Positions 27,501 to 35,835 of a DNA stretch of 64,000 nt are shown one piece after another. The first letter of the stretch is position 1, and each line of letters opens with the position of its first letter. The translations under genes were made by a program, and so were the position numbers. Under the pieces are notes generated by a model. It saw only the letters and a program-made list of their open reading frames with translations. It had not been told where the DNA came from and searched no databases. This DNA is from an uncultured Acidobacteriota bacterium. GTDB taxonomy: Bacteria > Acidobacteriota > Thermoanaerobaculia > Multivoradales > UBA5704. The stretch is from the NCBI GenBank assembly GCA_963761805.1, contig CAVXIV010000014.1, positions 362,692 to 426,691 on the forward strand. The letters are read 5' to 3'.

Positions 27501-28454
27501 TCAAATCCGTACCCCATATCTCGCCAGGATCGCGACCGTCAAAATCACATCGAACGCGATGATGTACATCCCCGCGTAGGTCTCCATCCGCTTGGCGGTC
27601 TTGCGGTTGGTATCGAACCGGTACTGGAAGAAGCCGATCAGACAGAGCAGGAAGAGCGCCACCAGGGCGGCATAGAACCAGGTGGACAGCCCCAGGTGCC
27701 AACCCACCAGGGCTACCAGGGCGGTGTCGATCACCCGGATCAGCAGGACCAGGTACGCGGCCCCGTACGTCCCGAAGATGCGCGTGTACGTCTCCACGCC
27801 CTCGATCTCGTCTTCGGGGGCGCGGATCTTCCGCGAGACTTCCCAGTTGAAGGTCACGAAGAAGCCCACCCAGGCATACATCCAGAACCAGAACGGCGCC
27901 TCCCAGGGCCACTGCCCCGTGGTGAAGCTGAAGACCATCAGCGAGAGCAGGGGCATCACCAGCAGGTGGCTCACGGCGTAGACCAGGAAGTGCCGCTTGA
28001 GCCAGTCGCGGACGAAGAACTCCTTCAGCATCAGGAAGGAGAAGACGAACGCCGCCAGCCAGGCCACGAAGGACGCCCGGCCGCCCAGGACGGAGAGGAC
28101 GATCTCCGTGGCGATGGCGATCCCGCCGAGAATCTTGAGGTCGCGCAGAGTGATGACGCCGCTCTGGAGGACGCGCTGGGGATGGTGGCGCAGGTCTTCG
28201 GCGTAGTCCTTGTGCTCGTCGAAGACCCGCAGGTGGAAGAAGAAACAGAACAGGGTCACGGCTCCGAGGAGGGTCGAGAGGTCGTAATGCATCGGCTCCC
28301 CCGGCTGGGTCAGGGCGCGGGCGAGGAACTGATTCGAGGAGTAATAGGCCGCGATCAGCACCCCGTGGCCCAGCAGCGGGAAGCGCTCCGCCAGATAGGC
28401 GGAGAGACGCCGGGGGAACGGCGATTCGCGGGTAAGGGCGGGGGCCGTGCTCAT
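27501..28454 (-). CDS. UbiA-superfamily prenyltransferase (divergent)
   Basis: 317 aa with about 8-9 TM segments. Asp-rich motifs FDEHKDYAED and APEDEIEGVETY. ATGA overlap with the upstream ligase. Confidence 0.65.
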   Translation of the reverse strand: MSTAPALTRESPFPRRLSAYLAERFPLLGHGVLIAAYYSSNQFLARALTQPGEPMHYDLSTLLGAVTLFCFFFHLRVFDEHKDYAEDLRHHPQRVLQSGVITLRDLKILGGIAIATEIVLSVLGGRASFVAWLAAFVFSFLMLKEFFVRDWLKRHFLVYAVSHLLVMPLLSLMVFSFTTGQWPWEAPFWFWMYAWVGFFVTFNWEVSRKIRAPEDEIEGVETYTRIFGTYGAAYLVLLIRVIDTALVALVGWHLGLSTWFYAALVALFLLCLIGFFQYRFDTNRKTAKRMETYAGMYIIAFDVILTVAILARYGVRI

Positions 28455-30016
28455 CCCTTCAGCAGCCGTTCGCGCAGGCGCGGATAGTCGATCTTGCTGT
28501 TGTGACGGGGATCGACCGGCATCGGATCGGCGGTGAGGCGGATCTCGTCCACCTCCAGACCGGCGGTCCGCAGGCGTTCGGCCACTTCCCGCTCGATCCC
28601 CTCCTCGTCGGTCTCGAGGACGACGACGACGCGCTCCCCCAGCGCCGGGTCCGGAAGGCCCACGGCGGCGGCGCGGCGGATGCGCGGGTCCTCCGCGCAG
28701 GCGGCCTGCTCGACGAGCTGCGGATGGACCAGCCCGCCGGCGCGGCGGATCGTGGAGTGGACCCGTCCCGCCAGCCAGAAGCGCCCCTCGCGGTCGAAGG
28801 AGCCGGTGTCCCCCATGCGGTGCCAGACGGCCTCGCCGTCCGCGATCTTGTTCTCGCGCACGGCCCGGGGGTTGCGGTAGTAGTCCCGGCAGACATGCTC
28901 GCCCGTGACCACCAGCTCTCCGATCTCGCCGGCCGGAAGCTCCCAGTCCGCCCAGCCTCCGTCTCCCAGCCGGATGGAAGCGCCATGGATGCGCACGATC
29001 TTCGCCCGCACCCGCTCCACGGGCCGGCCGGCGCAGAAGCCGGGGGTCAGCGGCCGGTCCTGGTTGATGGCCTCCAGCCGCTCCTCGGCGGTGAGGTGAG
29101 CCACGGGCTCGGCTTCGGTGGAGCCATAGGCCACCAGGATCTCGGTCCCGGGAAAAGCGCGCCGCCAGTCGCGGAGCTGGGCGTCGGCGACGGGAGCGCC
29201 GCCGGTCAGGGCGCGGCGCAGACCGGGCACGTCCCCGTGATGGCGGCTCACCTCGCCGGCGAGGCGGTCGAAGAAGGGGGGCGAAGCCGTGCAGGTGGTG
29301 ACGCCATGGCGCCGCATCTGGGCGAGGACGCGGGCGCCGTCCACCTGGTCCACGCGGCGGAAGTCCATGTCCGGCACCACGGAGGGGACTCCCGTGGCCA
29401 GGTTGTTGAGGGCGAACACCGGGAACATGGGCATGTCGACGTCGCCGTCCTCGGCCGAAAACTCGGCGGCCAGGGCGCGATGCTGGGCGAGAAGGAAGCC
29501 GTGGGTGCGGTTGGCGCCCTTGGGCTCGCCGGAGGAGCCGCTGGTGAAGGTGATGAGCGCCGGATCGTCCGGTGCGGCCGGATGGACCTCCCCGTCGCCT
29601 TCCGACTGCTCCAACTCGTCCAGGGCGCAGCCCGCCGGCAGCGGCCCCAGACGCCAGCCCGTGGTGACGGAGAAAGGGATGGACCGCAGGGGCCGCGAGA
29701 GCAGCCGCAGCAGGTGGCTCTTGGGAATGCCGATCCAGGCCCGGGGCTCCGCGAAAGCGGCGAAGGCGGCGATCTGCCGGCGGCCGATCCAGGGGTCGAC
29801 GAAGACCGCCACCGCTCCCATGTGCAGCACGGCCAGCATGGCCACGTAGAGATCGATCGACATCGGGATCATGACCACGGCCCGGTCCCCCGGCGCGAGG
29901 CCCAGACCGCGAAGCCCGGCCGCGGCGCGAGAGACGCGGTCCCAGAGATCGCCGAAGGTGATGGAGCCGTCGTCCCCTGTGATCAGCGCCGGCCGCGCCG
30001 GATGGCGGGCAGCCAT
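28451..30016 (-). CDS. Adenylate-forming enzyme (acyl-CoA synthetase/fatty-acyl-AMP ligase-like)
   Basis: Motifs TFTSGSSGEPKG, YGSTE and GDTGSFDREGRFWLAGR. Start set at ATG 30016. The listed start at 30241 adds 75 Arg/Pro-rich residues that overlap the amidohydrolase. The true start may be non-canonical, slightly upstream of 30016. Confidence 0.75.
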   Translation of the reverse strand: MAARHPARPALITGDDGSITFGDLWDRVSRAAAGLRGLGLAPGDRAVVMIPMSIDLYVAMLAVLHMGAVAVFVDPWIGRRQIAAFAAFAEPRAWIGIPKSHLLRLLSRPLRSIPFSVTTGWRLGPLPAGCALDELEQSEGDGEVHPAAPDDPALITFTSGSSGEPKGANRTHGFLLAQHRALAAEFSAEDGDVDMPMFPVFALNNLATGVPSVVPDMDFRRVDQVDGARVLAQMRRHGVTTCTASPPFFDRLAGEVSRHHGDVPGLRRALTGGAPVADAQLRDWRRAFPGTEILVAYGSTEAEPVAHLTAEERLEAINQDRPLTPGFCAGRPVERVRAKIVRIHGASIRLGDGGWADWELPAGEIGELVVTGEHVCRDYYRNPRAVRENKIADGEAVWHRMGDTGSFDREGRFWLAGRVHSTIRRAGGLVHPQLVEQAACAEDPRIRRAAAVGLPDPALGERVVVVLETDEEGIEREVAERLRTAGLEVDEIRLTADPMPVDPRHNSKIDYPRLRERLLKG

Positions 30017-30045
30017 CTGGCGGAGGACCTCGAGGACGTTGGAGG

Positions 30046-31404
30046 TCAGAACGACACTCCCGACCGCCGGATCAGCGCCGCCAGGCAGCGGGCCGATTCG
30101 CGGTAGATCTCTCCGAGGTCGAGATGCGCGAGCCGGCCTTCCTCGACGAGGAGGCGGCCGTCGGCCACGACGTGGCGGACGGCGGCGCGGGAGGTCCCGA
30201 AGGCCACGAGGTCGTGCGGGTCCGCCTGAGGCGCGGCCCACAGCTCGGGGCGCGCGGTCGTGAGCACGACGAGGTCCGCGCGCCTGCCGGGCTCGATGGT
30301 GCCGATCTCATCCTGGAGACCGATGGCACGCGCCCCTTCGCTGGTGGCGAGGCGCAGGGCGTCGAGGCCGGAGAAGGCGTCGGGGCCGTGCTTGACCTTC
30401 TGGAGCAGGGCGGCCAGGCGCAGCTCCTCGAAGTTGTCGAGATGGTTGCTGCACGCCGCGCCGTCGCACCCGATGCCGACCGGCACGCCGGCGCGGCGGA
30501 GGGCGAGGAGGTCGGCCACGCCGGAGCCCAGCTTCAGGTTGGAGCTGGGGCAATGGACCACGCTGAGCTGGCCTTCGCGCGCCCGGCCCAGGTGCTCGGC
30601 GGTGATCCAGACGCCGTGGGCGAGGCGCAGGTCGGTCGCCAGGATGCCCTGGTCGGAGAAGTATTCGATCTCGTCGCGCCCACCCTTCAGCTCGCGCACG
30701 GCGAGCGTCTCGTCCCGCTGCTCCAGCGCATGGGTGTGGACCGGCCAGCCGCGGCGCAGCGAGAGGTCGCGGATCCCCTCCCAGAGCGGATCGGAGCAGG
30801 TGAGGATGAAACGGGGATTGAGCGCGTAGCGCAGACGTCCCCCGGCCGCGCCGTCGAAGCGCTGGCCCAGGGCCTCGGTCTCGGCGAGCGCCGTGTCGGT
30901 CGTCAGGCGCATGGCGGCCGGCAGCGCTTCGCCGCTGTCCATCAGACATTGGCCGGCGAAGGCGCGCAGACCGGAGTCCTCGATCGCCTGGAGCAGGCCG
31001 CGCGCGCCGGGTCCGATGCCGATGTCCTGGATCGTGGTGGTGCCGCCGAGGAGGCATTCGGCGGCGCCGAGCATGCCGCACCAGTAGGCGCTCTCGTCGT
31101 CGTGGGCGGCTTCGAGGGGCCAGATGCGCTCGCGCAGCCAGGCGAGCAGACGCCGCCCTTCGGCGAGGCCGCGGAAGAAGGTCTGCCCCAGATGGAGATG
31201 CCCCTGGATGAGCCCCGGCAGCACGAGGCAGTCAGTGACGTCGAGCACGCGGGTCCCCGGCGGCGGCTCGGGCACGCCGAGCGAAGCGATGCGGCCGTCG
31301 CGCACCAGGAGGTCCGCGCCGCGCAGCACGGTGGCGCCGGCGTCCAGGGTGAGGATCGTGCCTCCGCGCAGGAGCAGGGGGGGGTCGGCTTGGTGGAATT
31401 GCAC
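30046..31404 (-). CDS. Amidohydrolase of the TRZ/ATZ-MtaD-guanine deaminase branch
   Basis: 452 aa with PGLIQGHLHLGQ (HxH), VHTHALE and GCDGAACSN. It lies in the same transcription direction as the ligase and 29 nt upstream of it. Confidence 0.7.
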   Translation of the reverse strand: MQFHQADPPLLLRGGTILTLDAGATVLRGADLLVRDGRIASLGVPEPPPGTRVLDVTDCLVLPGLIQGHLHLGQTFFRGLAEGRRLLAWLRERIWPLEAAHDDESAYWCGMLGAAECLLGGTTTIQDIGIGPGARGLLQAIEDSGLRAFAGQCLMDSGEALPAAMRLTTDTALAETEALGQRFDGAAGGRLRYALNPRFILTCSDPLWEGIRDLSLRRGWPVHTHALEQRDETLAVRELKGGRDEIEYFSDQGILATDLRLAHGVWITAEHLGRAREGQLSVVHCPSSNLKLGSGVADLLALRRAGVPVGIGCDGAACSNHLDNFEELRLAALLQKVKHGPDAFSGLDALRLATSEGARAIGLQDEIGTIEPGRRADLVVLTTARPELWAAPQADPHDLVAFGTSRAAVRHVVADGRLLVEEGRLAHLDLGEIYRESARCLAALIRRSGVSF

Positions 31405-31412
31405 CGGATTCT

Positions 31413-31568
31413 CTATTGGTCGCCTTCCTGGCGAATCCTTTCCTCGCGCATGCGCTTCAACTCCTCCTGCGTCATGAACTCATCAAAGGTGCCGAACTTC
31501 TGAACTAGTCGTTCCAGACGTCGACAACGTTGAGCTTGGATGATCGCTGCTTTGTCCGTCATCTTCAT
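31413..31568 (-). CDS. Small charged helical protein (51 aa), unknown function
   Basis: MKMTDKAAIIQAQRCRRLERLVQKFGTFDEFMTQEELKRMREERIRQEGDQ, with GGAGAG upstream. Lower GC. It ends 8 nt before the amidohydrolase start. Confidence 0.4.
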   Translation of the reverse strand: MKMTDKAAIIQAQRCRRLERLVQKFGTFDEFMTQEELKRMREERIRQEGDQ

Positions 31569-31585
31569 GATTCCCGCTCTCCTAA

Positions 31586-31743
31586 CCGTCCCTTCAGGGA
31601 CATTCGTGGGTAGCCCCACGGTTTCAACCTGGGGCGGGAGAGGTGGCTACCGTTGCCGGGCTTTGAGGGCATCCCGGTGAAGGTCGGTCTTTGTGCCCCA
31701 GGTTGAAACCTGGGGCTACCCACGAATGTCCCTGAAGGGACGG
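31586..31743. repeat. 158-bp element with near-perfect inverted arms (50 and 49 nt) and nested hairpins (MITE-like or structured RNA)
   Basis: The left arm 31586..31635 (ccgtcccttcagggacattcgtgggtagccccacggtttcaacctggggc) equals the reverse complement of the right arm 31695..31743 except for one extra C. The spacer is 59 nt. Each arm contains the local palindromes gtccc-ttca-gggac and ccccaggtt..aacctgggg. Confidence 0.85.
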
Positions 31744-31829
31744 TCCAGACAGAACTCTCCATAGGCATCCTCTACAAGCTCTGCGAGAATCCAGCAAAAT
31801 TTGCTCACGGAAATCATACTCTCACTCTC

Positions 31830-33174
31830 ATGGCTCCATCGGACCTCACCCTCCGCAGCCAGCGGGTCGTAACCCCCGAGGGCGTACGCCCCGCCACCCT
31901 CCACATCCGGCAAGGCCAAATCGACCACGTCACGCAGGACGTCTCGAGCCCCGCGCTCGACTGCGGCGACCTGGTCGTCATGCCGGGCCTCGTTGACACG
32001 CACGTTCACGTCAACGAGCCAGGGCGGACGGAGTGGGAGGGGTTCGAAACGGCTTCCCGGGCGGCGGCGGCCGGGGGGATCACCACGCTGGTGGACATGC
32101 CGCTCAACAGCATCCCCGCCACGACCACGCGGGCGGCGCTGCGGGCCAAGATCGAGGCGGCTAATGGGAAGGCGTACGTCGATGTCGGCTTCTGGGGTGG
32201 CGTGGTGCCCGGCAACGCGGGCGAGTTGAAGGGTCTTGTGGAAGACGGCGTCCTCGGGTTCAAGGCCTTCCTGGTCCCCTCGGGGGTCGACGAGTTCGAG
32301 CACGTCGGGGAGGCGGATCTGCGCGAGGCGATGCCGGAGCTGGCGCGCCATGGCGCCGCGCTCCTTGTCCACGCCGAGCTGCCGGGACCGATCCAGGCGG
32401 CCGCCAACGTCTGGGAGGGCGGGGACCCGAACGAGTACGGACGGTATCTGCGGTCCCGGCCCGACGCGGCGGAGGTCGAGGCGGTGGAAATGCTGGTCCG
32501 GCTCTGCCGCGAGACCGGCTGCCGGGTCCACATCGTCCACGTCTCTTCGGCGGAGGTCCTGCCGCTGCTGAAACGGGCGCGCAGGGAGCAGTTGCCGATC
32601 ACCGCCGAGACCTGCCCGCACTACCTCACCTTCGCGGCCGAGGAGATCCCGGACGGCGCGCTGGCCTTCAAGTGCGCTCCTCCCATCCGCTCGCGGGAGA
32701 ACCGGGAGCGGCTGTGGGAGGCCCTGCGCGAGGGGCTGCTCGATCTGGTGGCCACGGACCACTCCCCTTCCCCGCCCGAGTTGAAGGCGGGCGACTTCCG
32801 CGGCGCCTGGGGCGGGATCGCCTCGCTGCAGCTCTCCCTTCCCGCCCTGTGGACCGGCGCGCAGGGAACGCGGCTTTACCGTCGAGGATCTGGCGGAGTG
32901 GATGTGCGCCGCTCCGGCCCGTCTGGCGGGGCTGGGAGACAGCAAAGGCAGGATCGCTCCGGGATACGATGCCGATCTGGTGATCTGGGATCCGGAGGCG
33001 AGCTTCACGGTGGACCCTGGAAAGCTGCACCACCGGCACAAGCTGACCCCCTACGCGGAGCGGACGCTCTTCGGCTTGGTCCGGCGCACCCTGCTGCGCG
33101 GGGAAACGGTCTACGATAACGGCCGGTTTCCCGAGCCTCCTTCCGGGAAGCTCCTGAAACAAGGAGACCGATGA
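31830..33174 (+). pseudogene. allB: Allantoinase (cyclic amidohydrolase), interrupted by a +1 frameshift as assembled
   Basis: Motifs PGLVDTHVHVNEPGRTEWEG, GFKAF and VATDHSP. The frame changes at 32865..32868 (ggaa where 3 nt are expected). The C-terminus RGFTVEDLAEWMCAAPARLAGL... continues in the frame of ORF 32902..33174. Confidence 0.75.
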
Positions 33175-34604
33175 CCGACTTCACCGAGCTGACAGACCTC
33201 GCCGCCGAGCGCCTGGGTGGCGCGGTGCTCGCGGCGAACGACGATTTCTTCGCGCCCAAGGAGAACCTCCTCAAGGCCGGCGAGGCCGTGTGGATCGAGG
33301 GGAAGTACACGGACATCGGCAAGTGGATGGACGGCTGGGAGACCCGCCGCCGGCGCGAGCCCGGCTACGACTGGTGCCTCGTGCGGCTCGGGCTGCCCGG
33401 TGTGATCCGGGGCGTGGTGGTGGACACCAGCTATTTCCGGGGCAACTACCCCGAGTCCTGCTCTCTCGAAGCCTGCGCCGTCGAAGGCCACCCCACGCCC
33501 GAGGAGCTGATGGGCGCAGGCTGGACCGAGATCCTGCCGCGCTCGCCGCTCGAAGGACACTCGAAGAACCGCTTCTCCATCGAGACGGATACTGGCCGGG
33601 TCACGCACCTGCGCCTCAACATCTTTCCGGACGGCGGCGTGGCGCGGCTGCGGGTCCATGGCGAGGCCGTTCCCGATTGGGCGCGGCTCCTGCGGCGCAA
33701 AGGCGAGATCGATCTCGCGGGGGTCGAGAACGGCGGGGCGGTCCTTTCCTGCAGCGACATGTTCTTCGGCAACCGGCACAACCTGATTCTCCCCGGGCCG
33801 TCGCTGGGCATGCACGACGGCTGGGAAACGAAACGGCGGCGGGGCCCGGGGCACGACTGGGCCATCGTGAAGCTGGGCACGCGCGCCACGATCCATCGGG
33901 CCGAGGTGGACACCTCCCACTTCAAGGGCAACGCGCCGGGGAGCTGCTCGATCGAGGCGTGCGACGGAGATCTCGAGGATTGGCGGGAGATCCTGCCGCT
34001 CACTCCCCTGCGCCCCCACACCCGGCACCATTTCGACGAGCTGGCGGCGGCCGGGCCCTTCACGCACGCGCGGCTCAACATCTTTCCGGACGGCGGCGTG
34101 GCCCGTCTGCGGCTCTTCGGGACCGTCACCGTGCTCGACCGGCTGAACGTTGTCTCCAGCGAGGAAGCCGAGGCCATGCTCCTCCCCTGCTGCGGCTCGC
34201 GGGAGTGGGCGCGGCGGATGGCGGAGAGCCGGCCCTTCCAGAACGCCGGAGCGATGGAGGAAACGTCGGACCGCCTCTGGCGGAGCCTCGGCCGCGAGGA
34301 CTGGCTGGAGGCGTTCGCGGCCCATCCGCGCATCGGGGAACGAGGGGACGCGCGATCCCAGCGGGAACAGGCCGGAGCCCTCGGCGCGGGGGCGGACGCG
34401 CTCACGGAGCTGGCGGAGGCGAACCGTGCCTACGAGTCCCGTTTCGGTCACATCTTCATCGTCTGCGCCGCCGGCAAAAGCGCGGCGGAGATGCTGGCGA
34501 TCCTGCGCGGGCGGCTCGGCAACGATCCCGAGACCGAGCTGCGCGTGGCCGCCGAGGAGCAGCGGAAGATCATGAACCTGAGACTGGAGAAACTCCTGTC
34601 ATGA
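33171..34604 (+). CDS. alc: Allantoicase fused to OHCU decarboxylase
   Basis: Two allantoicase repeats (GWETRRRR / GWETKRRRG, NIFPDGGVARLR twice). From about residue 335 the OHCU decarboxylase region begins (LLPCCGSREWARRMAESRPF, AHPRIGE, FGHIFIVCAAGKSAAEML). Confidence 0.8.
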   Translation: MTDFTELTDLAAERLGGAVLAANDDFFAPKENLLKAGEAVWIEGKYTDIGKWMDGWETRRRREPGYDWCLVRLGLPGVIRGVVVDTSYFRGNYPESCSLEACAVEGHPTPEELMGAGWTEILPRSPLEGHSKNRFSIETDTGRVTHLRLNIFPDGGVARLRVHGEAVPDWARLLRRKGEIDLAGVENGGAVLSCSDMFFGNRHNLILPGPSLGMHDGWETKRRRGPGHDWAIVKLGTRATIHRAEVDTSHFKGNAPGSCSIEACDGDLEDWREILPLTPLRPHTRHHFDELAAAGPFTHARLNIFPDGGVARLRLFGTVTVLDRLNVVSSEEAEAMLLPCCGSREWARRMAESRPFQNAGAMEETSDRLWRSLGREDWLEAFAAHPRIGERGDARSQREQAGALGAGADALTELAEANRAYESRFGHIFIVCAAGKSAAEMLAILRGRLGNDPETELRVAAEEQRKIMNLRLEKLLS

Positions 34605-34942
34605 GCGGCATCACCACGCATGTCCTCGACACCGCGCGCGGCCGGCCGGCGAGCGGCGTTCCCGTCCTGCTGGAGATCCAGGAAGGGAACGGCTGGCGGG
34701 AGATCGGCCGGTCCCTGACCGACGGCGACGGCCGCGCCCGGCAGCTCCTGCCCGTGGGCTCCACGCTGGCCACGGGGATCTACCGCCTCACCTTCGGAAT
34801 CGGAACCTGGTTCCGGACGCAGGGGATCGAAGGTTTCTATCCCGAGGCCGCCATCGTCTTCCACGTGCGGGACGCGAACCAGCACTATCACGTGCCGCTG
34901 CTGCTGAGCCCGTACGGATATTCGACCTACCGGGGGAGCTGA
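34601..34942 (+). CDS. uraH: 5-hydroxyisourate hydrolase (transthyretin-like)
   Basis: 113 aa with HVLDTARGRPA and the C-terminal YRGS tetrapeptide. ATGA overlap with the upstream gene. Confidence 0.85.
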   Translation: MSGITTHVLDTARGRPASGVPVLLEIQEGNGWREIGRSLTDGDGRARQLLPVGSTLATGIYRLTFGIGTWFRTQGIEGFYPEAAIVFHVRDANQHYHVPLLLSPYGYSTYRGS

Positions 34943-34943
34943 G

Positions 34944-35777
34944 ATGCCTGTCACGCTGGCCGAAAACAGTTATGGAAAGCAGGCCGTCCGCCTGGTGACG
35001 GTGCGCCGCGGGGCGGACCGCCACACCTTGAAGGACGTCACGGTGGCGGTCCGTTTCGAAGGGGATTTCGCGGCGGCCTATACGGACGGCGACAACGAGG
35101 GCGTCTTCCCCACCGACACGATGAAGAACACCGTCTACGCCCTGGCCGCCGGGCATCCGTTCGACGACATCGAGGATTTTGGCCTGGCGCTGACCGATCA
35201 TTTTTTGCAGGCGAGCTCGCGGGCCTTGTCGGTCCGCGTGGAGCTTACCGAGCAACCGTGGGAACCGATCTCCTCTCACGCTTTCCAGAGAGCGGGCGGC
35301 GAGCGGCGCACGGCGGTGGTGACGCGCGACCGCGAAGGGGCTCGGGTGCTCGCCGGCCTCGAAAACCTTGTCGTGATGAAGACGGCCAGGTCCGCCTTCG
35401 AGGGCTTCCCTCGCGACCGCTATACGACCCTTAAGGAGACCGGCGACCGCCTGCTCGCCACGGCGGTTCAGGCGACCTGGCGCTACTCGCGGCCCCACGT
35501 CCCCTTCGGCCACTTCTGGAGCGAGGTGCGGCGCGCGCTGCTCCAGGCCTTCGCGGAGCACGACAGCCGCTCAGTGCAGCACACCCTCTACGCCATGGGC
35601 GAGGCGGTGCTCGAAACGGTGGACGTTGAAGAAATTCACATCGCCATGCCCAACCTGCACCACCTGCCGGTGGACCTCACTCCCTTCGGCCTAGAGAACC
35701 GCAACGAGATCTTCGTGGCGACCGCGGAGCCGTACGGGCTGATCGAGGGGACGGTGCGGCGGACCGGCAAGTCGTAG
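34944..35777 (+). CDS. uox: Urate oxidase (cofactor-independent uricase)
   Basis: 277 aa. The N-terminus NSYGKQAVRLV and the T-fold pattern fit uricase. Context with uraH and OHCU decarboxylase supports the call. Confidence 0.8.
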   Translation: MPVTLAENSYGKQAVRLVTVRRGADRHTLKDVTVAVRFEGDFAAAYTDGDNEGVFPTDTMKNTVYALAAGHPFDDIEDFGLALTDHFLQASSRALSVRVELTEQPWEPISSHAFQRAGGERRTAVVTRDREGARVLAGLENLVVMKTARSAFEGFPRDRYTTLKETGDRLLATAVQATWRYSRPHVPFGHFWSEVRRALLQAFAEHDSRSVQHTLYAMGEAVLETVDVEEIHIAMPNLHHLPVDLTPFGLENRNEIFVATAEPYGLIEGTVRRTGKS

Positions 35778-35793
35778 CTCGAGATTCCGCTGC

Positions 35794-35823
35794 TTGCCGA
35801 TTCCTTATTCTACATTGTAGAAT
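35794..35823 (+). promoter_or_regulatory. Candidate promoter (TTGCCG-N18-TAGAAT) overlapping a 17-bp palindromic operator-like site
   Basis: attctaca-t-tgtagaat at 35807..35823 is a perfect palindrome and AT-rich in a GC-rich background. It lies 13 nt upstream of the permease ATG. A PadR regulator is encoded just downstream of the permease. Confidence 0.35.
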
Positions 35824-35835
35824 CCCGGCTCAGCC

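Noticed and set aside
28451-30241. Full 596-aa version of the AMP-ligase ORF
   Set aside because: The first 75 residues are Arg/Pro-rich and overlap the 3' end of the amidohydrolase gene by about 195 nt in another frame. The conserved ligase sequence starts near residue 64-76.
30046-31404. Firm call as guanine deaminase (purine catabolism)
   Set aside because: The motifs only place it in the broad TRZ/ATZ-MtaD-GuaD amidohydrolase branch. Its operon partners are the ligase and UbiA genes rather than the uricolytic genes, so substrate assignment is left open.
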